Source: Saprospiraceae bacterium
Lineage (GTDB): Bacteria; Bacteroidota; Bacteroidia; Chitinophagales; Saprospiraceae
Length of the DNA: 64,000 nucleotides
Assembly: GCA_029251525.1 (NCBI GenBank)
Contig: JAQXDE010000048.1
Location: forward strand, 42,515-106,514
Reading direction: 5' to 3'
Part shown: in pieces, positions 10,189 through 20,454 of the stretch
Numbering within the stretch: position 1 is the stretch's first letter
Layout of the letters: every line of letters starts with the position of its first letter
Made by a program: the position numbers and the translations under genes
The notes under the pieces: model-generated
Database searches by the model: none
What the model was told of the DNA's origin: nothing
Seen by the model: the letters and a program-made list of their open reading frames with translations, nothing else

Positions 10189-10653
10189 TTATATATGTTG
10201 AAATATTGAAAATAAATTTGGGAGAGTTTCAAAGCGATTTGACCTAGATAGTTAAGTTAATTAGAACTAAATTAGGTTAAATCGATTTAAAAATTAGTGG
10301 ATACTTTAACACTGCTAAATTTCCGAAGAGATTTTTTGTAAATGGGTTTTCTAATGATAGTACTTAAAGCTTAAAATCTAGCTTAGCTTTACATATAATA
10401 TTAAATGATTTTCCCTTTTTTAAATTATCAATGTTTATTGTTTTTACTATCTCAGCAGGACTAATGCTGACATTAGCAATTGTAAACAATGGCTCTTCAA
10501 ATGACAATCATCTCGTGTTATCTCAACTAATTATTGCTAAAGGACAGTCTCCAAAGTATACTGATTGTTGATAATGTTACCATCCTAAGTTCTATCATCA
10601 GACAGTAGCCAAACTTTGAACTTGGTTTGAAATTGATTCCAGAAAAAATCAAA

Positions 10654-13600
10654 TTATCTTAGCCTAGCTTCATAGACTTGCATCCCAAAGTTATTATTTA
10701 GAATAAGTACTAAAGGTTGCTTTTGACTATTTTCAACTGTAGCTAATGATCGTACATCTAAGTATGCTATGATTCCGTTTTCAGAAGGAGAAATAGGGTT
10801 AAAACCACCTTTTCCATCTCCCAACAACATCGTTCCAATTCCTGCATCCGAACGAGTAGTTTCTATTTCTCGTTCATAATAATTCCCTGCCAAAAGAATA
10901 TCCATGTGACCATCTCCATTCCAGTCACGAGGAAGAATTCCAAAAACAGGTGCAGTTTGTGCAGCCATCGGAAGTTTATGTATTTCAAATTCCCCTCCTC
11001 CTAGATTTTCAATATAAACTGACTCAAACATTTTCACCTCATGCTCAATAGCTCCTTCTGCCAAATCACCTAAAACTTCATCAAAAGAAGCTTTGGCAAA
11101 TTCATTATAGGTTTTGAATTTCTCCTTAATAAATGGCATCTGTTGTGAAGAACATTGTCTTCCCCGTACAGGGCACAATGATCCATCTTGATCATAATAA
11201 GCTAAATAAATATCATTACTTCCATTGCCATCAAAGTCTTTAACTTTTACTGAAAAAGGTCGTTCAGGTGAAGCTTTGAATTTTAAGTTTAATCCTAAAT
11301 TACCAGCAATCAAATCCTGATCGCCATCGCCATCCATATCAGCAGCAACAATTCTATTCCACCAACCTCCTGTATTTTCCAATTCTTTTTCGGCTGTTAC
11401 ATTCTCTAATTTTCCACCATTATTTTGATAAATAGAAATAGGCATCCATTCTCCTACTACAATTAGATCTTCATCTTTATCTTGATCGATATCCATCCAA
11501 TGTGCATCGGTTACCATTCCTGGTTTCACTAATTCTGGAGCCAGTTCTTTTGTTTTATCTGTAAATCGACCTTGTTCATTGATTAATATATAACTCTTAG
11601 CTTGGTGACCATATTTATTTGAAACTTGACGGCCACCTACAAAAAGATCCAAATCTCCATCGCTATCAATATCACCTGCTTTAGCTACTCCTCCACTAAT
11701 TTTCATACTAGGAAGTTTCCCTTTAGTGAAATTTCCTTTCCCATCATTTATATAAATTCGATCTTGCAAAGCAGCATTTCCTTCTTTAAATTCATTTCCT
11801 CCACTTACTACATAAAGATCAAAATCCTTATCTCCATCTGCATCAAAAAACAAGGCATTTACATCTTCTGATTTTTTATCCTTTGCCCATGTTTGAGATT
11901 TATTTTTAGAAAATTGATTATTGACTCCCTGCAAAAAGAGTACTCCAGCTTGCCCCGCTGCACCTCCTAAATATACATCATCCAAACCGTCTCCATTCAC
12001 ATCGGCAGTTGCGCTACATGGCCCAAGGTGAGACATCCTATGAGGTATCAATACCTCTGAAGCGTAATCATCGTGTTTGTTTTCTTGATGTACATAATCA
12101 ATGCCAGTATTTAAAGTTACATCTTTGAAAAGTGTAGGTTTTGCTATGTTTTGATTACTCGCTCCTTTGCTTCCATCGGATTGTTTTAAAGTCAATTTTT
12201 GATTGACTTTAATATCTTTCATTTCTAATTGTCTGCCATCTAACCACTCAACTTTTAACCGATCAATGGTAGTTACTTTTCCTAATCCGAAATGTAAAAC
12301 TGGGTCATTAGTAGACATGTATCCTCTATTTGGAGATACTTCTAATAATTGCATTTTATCTCCATAGTAAATCCACGCTTTGGCTCCGTAGGACAATCGA
12401 TTCGCTCCATGATCTCCCTCAAGTTTCAATTTAAAATAACTATTCCCATTAATTTGCGTCGCTCTATTTTCATAAATAAATGAAGCATCATCAATATTAC
12501 TAGTTACCAAATCCATATCACCATCATTGTCCAAATCAGCATAAATTGCTCCTTGTGTCCAACTCAAATCGCCTACTCCCCATTCCTCAGCCTTGTTTGT
12601 AAAACTTAGATCATCATTATTTACAAACATATAGTTTTGTAATTTCACAGAAGGGGCTAACTCTATCAACTTTAGAGAACTAATCTTTGATTTTTCGCCT
12701 TTCGCTCTAGCAATATTCGCCAAAGAATCCATCAATACCTTACGATCATGGATGTAATCTTTATTTCTAGTGTCTTTCGGTTGTCCATTAGAAACATAAA
12801 GATCTTTGTCTCCATCATTATCATAATCTGCAAAAAGCGTTGCCCAGCTCCAATCAGTTTGTGCTACCCCCGCCATTTGAGCAATTTCACTAAAAACTCC
12901 ATTTCCATTATTCAACTGAAGATTGTTAAACATATATTGGTAGTGGAACCCATTATTGGCTAATCCCCAAAACTTTTCAGGATTCATTCCACTCATATTT
13001 GCCTTTGTTCGATAATTATCGGCAGGAGCCATATCTGCAGAGTATAAATCAATCCAACCATCATTATTAAAGTCAGCCAAATCTACTCCCATAGTAAAGT
13101 TACTGATGTGTCTCATTGCTTTATTAATCACATTTGTAAATGTTCCATCACCATTATTTTGGTAATAAATATCTGGCTCCTCATAATCAGAAGCAATATA
13201 AATATCTGGCCATCCATCATTATTCAAATCACTAACTGTTGCACTCAAAGTGTAATTATAATTAGAAATTCCTGCCTGGTTACTTACATCAGTGAATTTC
13301 CCATTTCCTTCATTTCGAAACAACCGATCTGTATATTTTGACTTGTCAGCTTGAGCCTCATTTCCATATTTAGCATGACGACTTACAAAGGGTTCATTCC
13401 CTACATATAAATCCATATTACCATCTTTGTCATAGTCAAAAAAGTTAACTGCAGTACAATGTCCATTATCATCAATACCATATTCAGCTGCTTTTTCAGA
13501 AAAGGTTAAATCACCATTATTTATATAAAGATGATTCCGTCTTTTACTTGGATCTGCTATGATAAATTTTCCCACATAGAAATCGAGGTATCCATCATTG

Positions 13601-14004
13601 TTCACATCAGCGACAGTTACACCTGTTGACCAAGTTCCTTTTTTGATTCCTGATTTTTGAGTGATATCCTCAAACTTCATATTGCCTTTATTCAAGTACA
13701 ATTTATCCTCAACCATATTTCCTGCAAAATATAAATCCTGCAATCCATCATTATTTATATCAATAACTGCTATACCTCCTCCATTAAAAACTGCATCTAG
13801 AAGAATGTGATTATAGGTTTCATCTTCATTAATTTGATTAATAAAGTCAATCCCACTTTCTTTTGAGGTTAACTTTTTAAACATTGGAGTTGCTTTTCCA
13901 TTCTTCCCTTTTGCTGGAATTGGAGATTTAGACTTTTGACAACTCGAAAAAATAAAGAGAATTGCTATTGTTAAAATAAAAGTGATGGAATTTCGGTAGT
14001 TCAT
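10654..14004 (-). CDS. CRTAC1-family / FG-GAP (VCBS) repeat lipoprotein with an ASPIC/UnbV domain
   Basis: 1116 aa. Lipoprotein signal (IFSSCQKS). At least 12 FG-GAP-like calcium-binding repeats (DINNDGLQDLY, DVNNDGYLDFY, DYDKDGNMDLYV, DLNNDGWPDIY, DFNNDGWIDLY, DYDNDGDKDLYV, DLDNDGDMDLV and others), plus an ASPIC/UnbV-like segment. Confidence 0.75.
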   Translation of the reverse strand: MNYRNSITFILTIAILFIFSSCQKSKSPIPAKGKNGKATPMFKKLTSKESGIDFINQINEDETYNHILLDAVFNGGGIAVIDINNDGLQDLYFAGNMVEDKLYLNKGNMKFEDITQKSGIKKGTWSTGVTVADVNNDGYLDFYVGKFIIADPSKRRNHLYINNGDLTFSEKAAEYGIDDNGHCTAVNFFDYDKDGNMDLYVGNEPFVSRHAKYGNEAQADKSKYTDRLFRNEGNGKFTDVSNQAGISNYNYTLSATVSDLNNDGWPDIYIASDYEEPDIYYQNNGDGTFTNVINKAMRHISNFTMGVDLADFNNDGWIDLYSADMAPADNYRTKANMSGMNPEKFWGLANNGFHYQYMFNNLQLNNGNGVFSEIAQMAGVAQTDWSWATLFADYDNDGDKDLYVSNGQPKDTRNKDYIHDRKVLMDSLANIARAKGEKSKISSLKLIELAPSVKLQNYMFVNNDDLSFTNKAEEWGVGDLSWTQGAIYADLDNDGDMDLVTSNIDDASFIYENRATQINGNSYFKLKLEGDHGANRLSYGAKAWIYYGDKMQLLEVSPNRGYMSTNDPVLHFGLGKVTTIDRLKVEWLDGRQLEMKDIKVNQKLTLKQSDGSKGASNQNIAKPTLFKDVTLNTGIDYVHQENKHDDYASEVLIPHRMSHLGPCSATADVNGDGLDDVYLGGAAGQAGVLFLQGVNNQFSKNKSQTWAKDKKSEDVNALFFDADGDKDFDLYVVSGGNEFKEGNAALQDRIYINDGKGNFTKGKLPSMKISGGVAKAGDIDSDGDLDLFVGGRQVSNKYGHQAKSYILINEQGRFTDKTKELAPELVKPGMVTDAHWMDIDQDKDEDLIVVGEWMPISIYQNNGGKLENVTAEKELENTGGWWNRIVAADMDGDGDQDLIAGNLGLNLKFKASPERPFSVKVKDFDGNGSNDIYLAYYDQDGSLCPVRGRQCSSQQMPFIKEKFKTYNEFAKASFDEVLGDLAEGAIEHEVKMFESVYIENLGGGEFEIHKLPMAAQTAPVFGILPRDWNGDGHMDILLAGNYYEREIETTRSDAGIGTMLLGDGKGGFNPISPSENGIIAYLDVRSLATVENSQKQPLVLILNNNFGMQVYEARLR

Positions 14005-14462
14005 AAGGACAATATATATTAAAATGATACAAAAAAATTTAATGAATCTATTTTTTTATTAAAACTTGAGACATTAAAAGGCTTAATATAACAAATAATT
14101 CGCCAATTAATCATGAATCAGATCCCTCTTAAGTAGTCCCTCTATCTTTTTTTAATTAAAAAAAATCTCCTTCCGATATTTCCATGTATCACAAGAGGAT
14201 TTAGAATCTATATAGCCTAGTTTAATCTTATACACCAAACATCAGGTCTTTTAGTTTAGAACCCTGTAATTTGGAGCTTAATTTAGGCTTCATTAAACCT
14301 AAATATTGACATTTTTATATCTTTTTTTAAAGTTTATAAATTGATGAGGCAATTAACTTTGACAAATATCTTAATTTGAATAGTTATTCAATATAGTTTG
14401 AAACTTTTGATAGTACTTTTCACCCGAAGAAATGAATGCACTATATCTATCCATAACCTGTA

Positions 14463-14476
14463 ATAAGCGATCAATT
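14463..14476. repeat. Direct repeat copy 1, ATAAGCGATCAATT. It overlaps the stop codon of the islet ORF.
   Basis: Exact 14-mer shared with 15227-15240. Both copies are followed by an A-rich run ending AAAAAC. Confidence 0.5.
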
Positions 14477-15215
14477 AAAAAACCAAATTGACATATTTTT
14501 GATAAATATCTTGGCCTTTATCTGGCGATTTTGCAACTGTTTTCATTTTTATCAAAAACTTATTTAGTTTTTCATACATCGTCTCCCAATCATCTTCTTT
14601 TTGACATTCTTTGAGATTTATTTTGTGTCCAATGACTTTAGTATAATCTTTAAGGAGTTCGATAAACTTTGCTTTTAATACTCTATTATTTTCTTTTAAA
14701 AATTCTGTTTGATAATGAATATTATTCAAATCAGCATTCATTCTTATCGTAAAATCTAAAATACAAGAAACTTGATTCAATTCTTTTTCTCTATTTTTCT
14801 TTCTCCCATTACCAAATAAAGAGGCCACCAAAGTATATTTCAACGAAATATATGGATTGGTTTCTAAAAGTGAAGGAATAACTACTGCTTTCTTTTTCCC
14901 CTTTTGTTTTTTGAGCACTTCTTGAGCTTTTTTAAATTCAGGAAGTGAGTGAGGGTTAGAGAGTAAAATTACATTTTGATACGTTTGCTAGGACGTAAAA
15001 TGGTGATCTAATCCTAAGATTTTTTCGTAAATCATTTTAATTAATTCTACCCCTTTGCGATAGCGAATTTTACTAAGTTCAAGTTGATAATCTTCCTCTG
15101 CCACTTTTAAATTTCCTCTAGCAATATCTTTTTTCAATAATATATTTACAATTTTCCGTATATCTTCATTATCCTCCTTTTCACTTAAATAAAGAATTAC
15201 CTTATCAAGTTCCAT
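14475..15215 (-). pseudogene. Hypothetical 246-codon ORF interrupted by a single in-frame TAG (14988-14990). The two halves are reported separately in the ORF track (14988..15215 and 14475..14918).
   Basis: Both ORFs are in the same frame (15215-14918 = 297 = 99 codons). The 23 codons between the TAG and the downstream annotated start contain no stop. The locus is AT-rich with no recognisable domain. Confidence 0.5.
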
Positions 15216-15226
15216 TAACTCACTTT

Positions 15227-15240
15227 ATAAGCGATCAATT
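15227..15240. repeat. Direct repeat copy 2, ATAAGCGATCAATT. It lies 11 nt upstream of the islet ORF start codon.
   Basis: Exact 14-mer shared with 14463-14476. Confidence 0.5.
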
Positions 15241-16284
15241 TCTAAAAACTAAACTTGATTGGTCTCCTCTAATTCATATATAGTCTCTTGAAAAAAATTG
15301 AGACATAAATGAATCACTCTCTTCAAAACCAAATAAAAAATAATTGACTTTATTTAGGTACTTTAAAAAATGTTGATAAAAATAATGCCTATTCTATTTT
15401 GACTTTTCAGCAATCTGCCATAGTTTAAATAGCTATCTTCATTTAAGAAGTTACTTTCATAATTAAATATTCTACTGTTTCTATATACAGATATGATTCT
15501 TAGTTAAAAATCAATAAATTTCTTTTTAATTGAATCGCAATTTGCTTGTCTACCACTTTAGCATTCTCTATCAAAAAAATACCATTTTTAAAGTAAAAAA
15601 ATTTTGTTTTAGCGCTCATGGAAGCTTTGATAAAGTATATCCCCTCCTTTTCTTTAATTAAAATTGCTTTTGCACACAGTTTCTTTTTTCGATATTGGTG
15701 TTCAACCATAGAATTAATGCGATTCATACCCAAGCTTCTGACGATGCGTTTTTGATTTTGTTAGGGACTTTAATAATCTATTACATCGTACTTCTGTTTG
15801 GTCGCAATTATATGGTCGTTTGTATTTTATTTATTTTGATAATTGGCCAGCAGGTAGGTGGCAATCAGGTGTTCGATAATGTTAAATGTGGGTAGAGCTG
15901 CGTTGACTTTGGCATTGCTTCCTTTTTCTCTATTTTTAATTGTTTTTTTTTAAAGGCTTAAAAAAGTGATGGAAATTATTTTCGGAAAGAGGTTTTAAGT
16001 CACTGAAAGAAAATTCGGATTGGATATTTTCGATTTTAAATATTGGTTTTTGGCGTTCATTATTTTATTAACAGCGGTTGGTAGAGACTATAGTTTTATG
16101 AAAGTTATATATATATGTTTTCAGGGATTTCAACTGCGCTGATTCCACTTTTGAAAGGGTTTGATTTGGCCGTTAACTTTTTGAAAAAAAATAAAGTTGG
16201 ATTTTAATTCCCACTTGAGCTTTTTGGTTTTGTTGATTCTTTATGTCATTCCTATTTTGAACTTGATGGGGGAATTGTAGGAGT

Positions 16285-17784
16285 TTATTTCTTCGAAATG
16301 ATTTTTATCAATTGACATTCGCTCCAATTATTGATTTGCTCATAGTCATACCTTTTGTTGATCTCACCTTTCACATTGGACTCACACATCATTACTTTTT
16401 CTCCGATCTCAAAATCCATTGTTGACTCTACAAATTTAAAACTATCGTCATTTTGTAATTGATTGATTTCTCTAACCTTAATATCAAATCCTTTCCGTCG
16501 ATATAATTTTTGTAAAAAAACAACTTGCCCATTGATATCCCAATGCAAAATATTATATTCTAACGGAATAGACCTATGCATAAATCCTTCAAATAATTCT
16601 CGTTCAGGAGTCAGCCATAATTTATTAAAAGTGTAACTATCGCTTATGCGTTTAAAATATGGATTTCCGAAAATCGCTAAACCAATTACCCCTGCTAAAA
16701 TGAATTTGGAGAAACGAAACGAATTTTTTTCTTTTGAAAAATAATCAAAAGCGATTCGAATTATTTGTTCAATTCCTAAACCAACAACAACTGCAAACAA
16801 TGGTAAAAGTGGTACATCATACCAAATTAAATTTGTCTGAGAAAATGAGATGACTAAAAGAAAAAATGCTCCACTAAAAAACAATAGTCTTACAAATTCT
16901 TTAGTTGTCTGTTTTGCAAAAAAAGTAGCTAGAAAGCCAAGCGGTAAAAAATATAACCAAGGGACAAATCGCTCTTCATAAATTTTTCTCATATGAAAAA
17001 AGGTAGATCTATTATTTCCTTCTTGTGTTTCAAAATATCGTCCACGGATATCATTTTCTAAAACTGCTTCTAAGTATCCAGGGTTTTGATTTTCTCTCAA
17101 AAAATAATAACCTAAAACAATAGTCAAAAAAATAGAAATAGCTCCATAAAAATGTGGAGAAGTAAAAAGTACTCGTATTTGTTTTTTCCAAATTAAAAAT
17201 AAAAGGAGGGGAGGGAGTAAAACAAAACCCATGATACTTTTAGTCATGACTGCTGCTGTTATACTCAATGCTGAAGCATAGATTAATTTTTTTTTTTGTC
17301 TAGGATGGGTAGAATTTATCCATGCGAAAAAGAGAAAAACGGTTAGAGTAGTCCAGAGGGTAAGTAATGAATCATAGTCACCTGTACGAGTTACGTGATT
17401 AGAAATAAAACCTTGAGTGGTCAGTAAAACTAGTGCGGAGCAAAAACCTAAAAGTTGGTTTTTTAAATAATTTTTACAGAAAAAGAAAAGTAATAAAGTT
17501 GTGGCTAATCCAGCCAAAGCTGAAGGTAGTCGAACACCTAAAACTCCCACGCCAAATATTTTGAAACATAAAACTTGGAGCCAAATTAACAAAGGTGGTT
17601 TTGTATTCCATAGATCAGGTTCACCTTGGTAATGAGTAACCAACCAATTTCCATTTTCTAACATTTCAAGTGCGTTTACTGCTTGACGAGACTCGTCCCA
17701 CAAGTGCAATGGTGCAACATCTAAGTGCAAAAATAAGGGTAAACAACACAATGTTAGAAAAATGAAGAAAACGATTTTATTCAT
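16285..17784 (-). CDS. Glycosyltransferase family 39 / ArnT-PMT-like GT-C membrane glycosyltransferase
   Basis: 499 aa with about 10 predicted TM helices. The N-terminal GT-C signature LWDESRQAVNALEM...KPPLLIWLQ is typical of ArnT/PMT_2 (polyprenyl-phosphate sugar transferases). Confidence 0.7.
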   Translation of the reverse strand: MNKIVFFIFLTLCCLPLFLHLDVAPLHLWDESRQAVNALEMLENGNWLVTHYQGEPDLWNTKPPLLIWLQVLCFKIFGVGVLGVRLPSALAGLATTLLLFFFCKNYLKNQLLGFCSALVLLTTQGFISNHVTRTGDYDSLLTLWTTLTVFLFFAWINSTHPRQKKKLIYASALSITAAVMTKSIMGFVLLPPLLLFLIWKKQIRVLFTSPHFYGAISIFLTIVLGYYFLRENQNPGYLEAVLENDIRGRYFETQEGNNRSTFFHMRKIYEERFVPWLYFLPLGFLATFFAKQTTKEFVRLLFFSGAFFLLVISFSQTNLIWYDVPLLPLFAVVVGLGIEQIIRIAFDYFSKEKNSFRFSKFILAGVIGLAIFGNPYFKRISDSYTFNKLWLTPERELFEGFMHRSIPLEYNILHWDINGQVVFLQKLYRRKGFDIKVREINQLQNDDSFKFVESTMDFEIGEKVMMCESNVKGEINKRYDYEQINNWSECQLIKIISKK

Positions 17785-17860
17785 TATTTTCCGAAAATAG
17801 ATTTTGTCAAAACTTAAAATTTAAAGAACGGTGTAAGATAGTTTAAATCATTTTTTTTTC

Positions 17861-17900
17861 CTAAAAAACAAAAAGCACAACCTCTAATGAGATTGTGCTT
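17861..17900 (-). terminator. Rho-independent terminator after arsM
   Basis: On the minus strand, an 8-bp stem AAGCACAA/TTGTGCTT with a 12-nt loop is followed by TTTTTGTTTTTT. Confidence 0.6.
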
Positions 17901-17922
17901 CCATATTTTTATAAATTATTTA

Positions 17923-18975
17923 TTAGCAACAACTTGCTGCATCGCTTCCTTCCTCTGAGCTAAAAGGCATTGCTCCACCGCAACCTTCAAAGACTCCATA
18001 ATGTGTATCCCAAGTTCCATGAAAATTAAAATGATCAGCATATCGAGTAGCTTGTAACATTAAAAAAGTGTTACCACAAACAGTTATTATTTTACCTTTT
18101 GGAAAATTATGATGATCGTCTAAGTCAAAACTATTCACATTATTTTTAATAGTCCCTTTATAGGTAACGGCTTGACCGTAGTCCTCACATTCGTCTTCAA
18201 GGCCATTAATCTTCCATAATCGATAAGTCACAGAGAAAAATCGAATGTTTCCACATTTTTCTTCAACTTCTTTATTTTCTATTGTAATAGGATTATTCTT
18301 TACACTCCTAGGGTCTGTAAAACCAACTTTTCGAGACGTTCTCAGAAAGTCATTCCAGTACAAAGCACCACTCAAACACTCTCCCCAAAGCACAGGATCC
18401 GCCTGCAATTTTTCACTGATTCGACGATCACTGTAGACATCGCTAAAGTACATTTCACCTCCAGGCTTTAGTAGTTTGTAAACATCCGCTAAAACTTTTT
18501 CTTTATCTGTTGCAAGGTTAATAACGCAATTTGAAATGATTAAGTCAAAACTGTTTTCGGCCAAATCCAACTCTTCTAATTTTTCAATATTTCCTTTAAG
18601 GAATTTGACATTGGAGGTTTTATAGCCAAATTTTTCCGTATGATAATCAATATATCGATTGGCAACATCCAATTGTTCGTCAGTCATATCTACACCAATC
18701 ACTTCTCCCGAATGACCGACGAGTTGTGATAATATATAGCAATCTCTTCCACTTCCTGATCCTAAATCAAGGATTCTTAAGCCTTCTAATTTTGAAGGAA
18801 TTGCTAAGCCGCAACCGTAATATTTCATCATGACTTCATCATGGATATTACTCAATGCTACTTTGATGTGCTGCGCAGGTTCTTCCATTGTGCAGCATGC
18901 ATTAGTTTTTAGATCCTCGCTTTTTGATAACTCCTTACCATAGTATTCTTTGATTTCCTCGTGCTTTTCTTTCAT
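17923..18975 (-). CDS. arsM: Arsenite S-adenosylmethionine methyltransferase ArsM
   Basis: SAM-binding motif ILDLGSGSGRDC. ArsM-specific As(III)-binding cysteines in conserved context: NACCT, YYGCG, SNCVINL and WGECLSGA. C-terminal Cys pair. Confidence 0.75.
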   Translation of the reverse strand: MKEKHEEIKEYYGKELSKSEDLKTNACCTMEEPAQHIKVALSNIHDEVMMKYYGCGLAIPSKLEGLRILDLGSGSGRDCYILSQLVGHSGEVIGVDMTDEQLDVANRYIDYHTEKFGYKTSNVKFLKGNIEKLEELDLAENSFDLIISNCVINLATDKEKVLADVYKLLKPGGEMYFSDVYSDRRISEKLQADPVLWGECLSGALYWNDFLRTSRKVGFTDPRSVKNNPITIENKEVEEKCGNIRFFSVTYRLWKINGLEDECEDYGQAVTYKGTIKNNVNSFDLDDHHNFPKGKIITVCGNTFLMLQATRYADHFNFHGTWDTHYGVFEGCGGAMPFSSEEGSDAASCC

Positions 18976-19622
18976 TATATTTTTTTAATAAAAATTATTT
19001 TTTGGTTTCGTCCGAAATCTACGAAATCCTACAGTATCAAATACTAGTTCTAAAGTAGAACAAATTTCGTTAGATTTTTTATATAAACCTATCATATATT
19101 TTACTTCTTTTGAAGTTTTCATAAAAATTAATTCTCAGGAAAAATTGTTTTTATAAAAAAAGCTGCTATACTAATTATTACACAAGACGTTTACTCGACC
19201 TTTCGCAGAATAAGATTGGGCTGCAATAAATGAATCTGAAATAGTATGGTAAATAATCTTTCCGCTTATGGAAACGTTTAAAACTGAAATAGGTTTTGAA
19301 GTCTCCCTTGTGGTACAATCGGGCAAAGGATAATTTATTTTCTTGTTATTATATTTGATAGATAATAAGGGTATTTGTTTAATTATTTTTCAATTTAGAA
19401 TTATGGTGTCTCTCAAAATAAATTTTATTAAAAGTAGATTTTAGGATTAGGAATGGATTTTAATTGATTGAAGTTTCAATATAAATACGTTATAAAATGT
19501 CTACTAATTATATGAAATTTAATGGTTATTTTAAAATGGCATAATTTGTAATTTCATCTTCAAATTATTTCTCATTAAAATTAATCCTGCTAGTTTTGTA
19601 TTTCATTTGAAAAAATAAAAAA

Positions 19623-20378
19623 ATGCAAGACGGCTATATTAAAATAGAAACTTTAAAAAAAGGATTAGCACAAATCACTTTTTTCCATCCAAAACATAAT
19701 TCACTTCCGAGTCACTTATTAAAAGAGTTGGAAAAAACTATCATCGCAGCAGGCGAAGATCCTGAGGTGCAAATCATTATTTTGAAAAGCGGAGGAGACC
19801 GAACTTTTTGTGCAGGTGCAAGTTTTGATGAACTTATTTCTATCAATGATTTTCCAACGGGTAAAAAATTCTTTATGGGTTTTGCTAATGTAATTAATGC
19901 ATGTCGTAAGTGTCCAAAGTTAATTATTGGACGTGTTCAAGGAAAAGCTGTGGGAGGTGGCGTTGGCTTGGCTTCGGCAGTAGATTATTGTTTGGCGACC
20001 AAATTTTCATCGATAAAACTAAGTGAGTTGAATGTTGGAATTGGACCATTTGTAGTTGGGCCAGCGGTGGAGCGAAAAATTGGAATTTCGGCGATGAGCC
20101 AAATTACGATCGATGCAAATTCTTTTCAATCAGCAGAGTGGGCGAAGGCGAAAGGTTTGTACACGGATGTTTTTGAGGATGTTGAAGCACTTGATGAAGG
20201 TGTAATGAAAATGGGGGATTATCTTTTATCGACAAATCCAGAAGCTCAAAGTATGTTAAAAAAGGTTTTTTGGGAAAATTGTTCTCATTGGGATGAGTTA
20301 TTGGAAACAAGAGCAGAAACAAGTGGGAGATTAGTCTTGTCGGATTATACGAAAGAGGCGTTGAAAGCGTATTCGTAA
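19623..20378 (+). CDS. Enoyl-CoA hydratase/isomerase (crotonase) family protein, possibly PaaG/PaaF-like
   Basis: 251 aa with a crotonase fold: FCAGASFDE oxyanion-hole segment, GKAVGGGVGLA. Confidence 0.75.
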   Translation: MQDGYIKIETLKKGLAQITFFHPKHNSLPSHLLKELEKTIIAAGEDPEVQIIILKSGGDRTFCAGASFDELISINDFPTGKKFFMGFANVINACRKCPKLIIGRVQGKAVGGGVGLASAVDYCLATKFSSIKLSELNVGIGPFVVGPAVERKIGISAMSQITIDANSFQSAEWAKAKGLYTDVFEDVEALDEGVMKMGDYLLSTNPEAQSMLKKVFWENCSHWDELLETRAETSGRLVLSDYTKEALKAYS

Positions 20379-20454
20379 TTTTTGCCACGGGCTATTATTG
20401 ATTTTAAGACTTTCCGCTGCCTTATTTATCAGATCTGCAAAGAGCCGCCCTATG

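Noticed and set aside
14463-15240. Treating the 14-bp direct repeat as statistically decisive evidence of a mobile element
   Set aside because: A single 14-mer match within 1 kb in AT-rich DNA has a non-negligible chance expectation (on the order of 0.2-1). It is kept only as a positional observation, at moderate confidence.
15500-15895. Overlapping 77-aa (-) and 66-aa (+) ORFs in the AT-rich islet
   Set aside because: No motifs and a mutually exclusive overlap. They cannot be distinguished from random ORFs, although one could be a further gene remnant.
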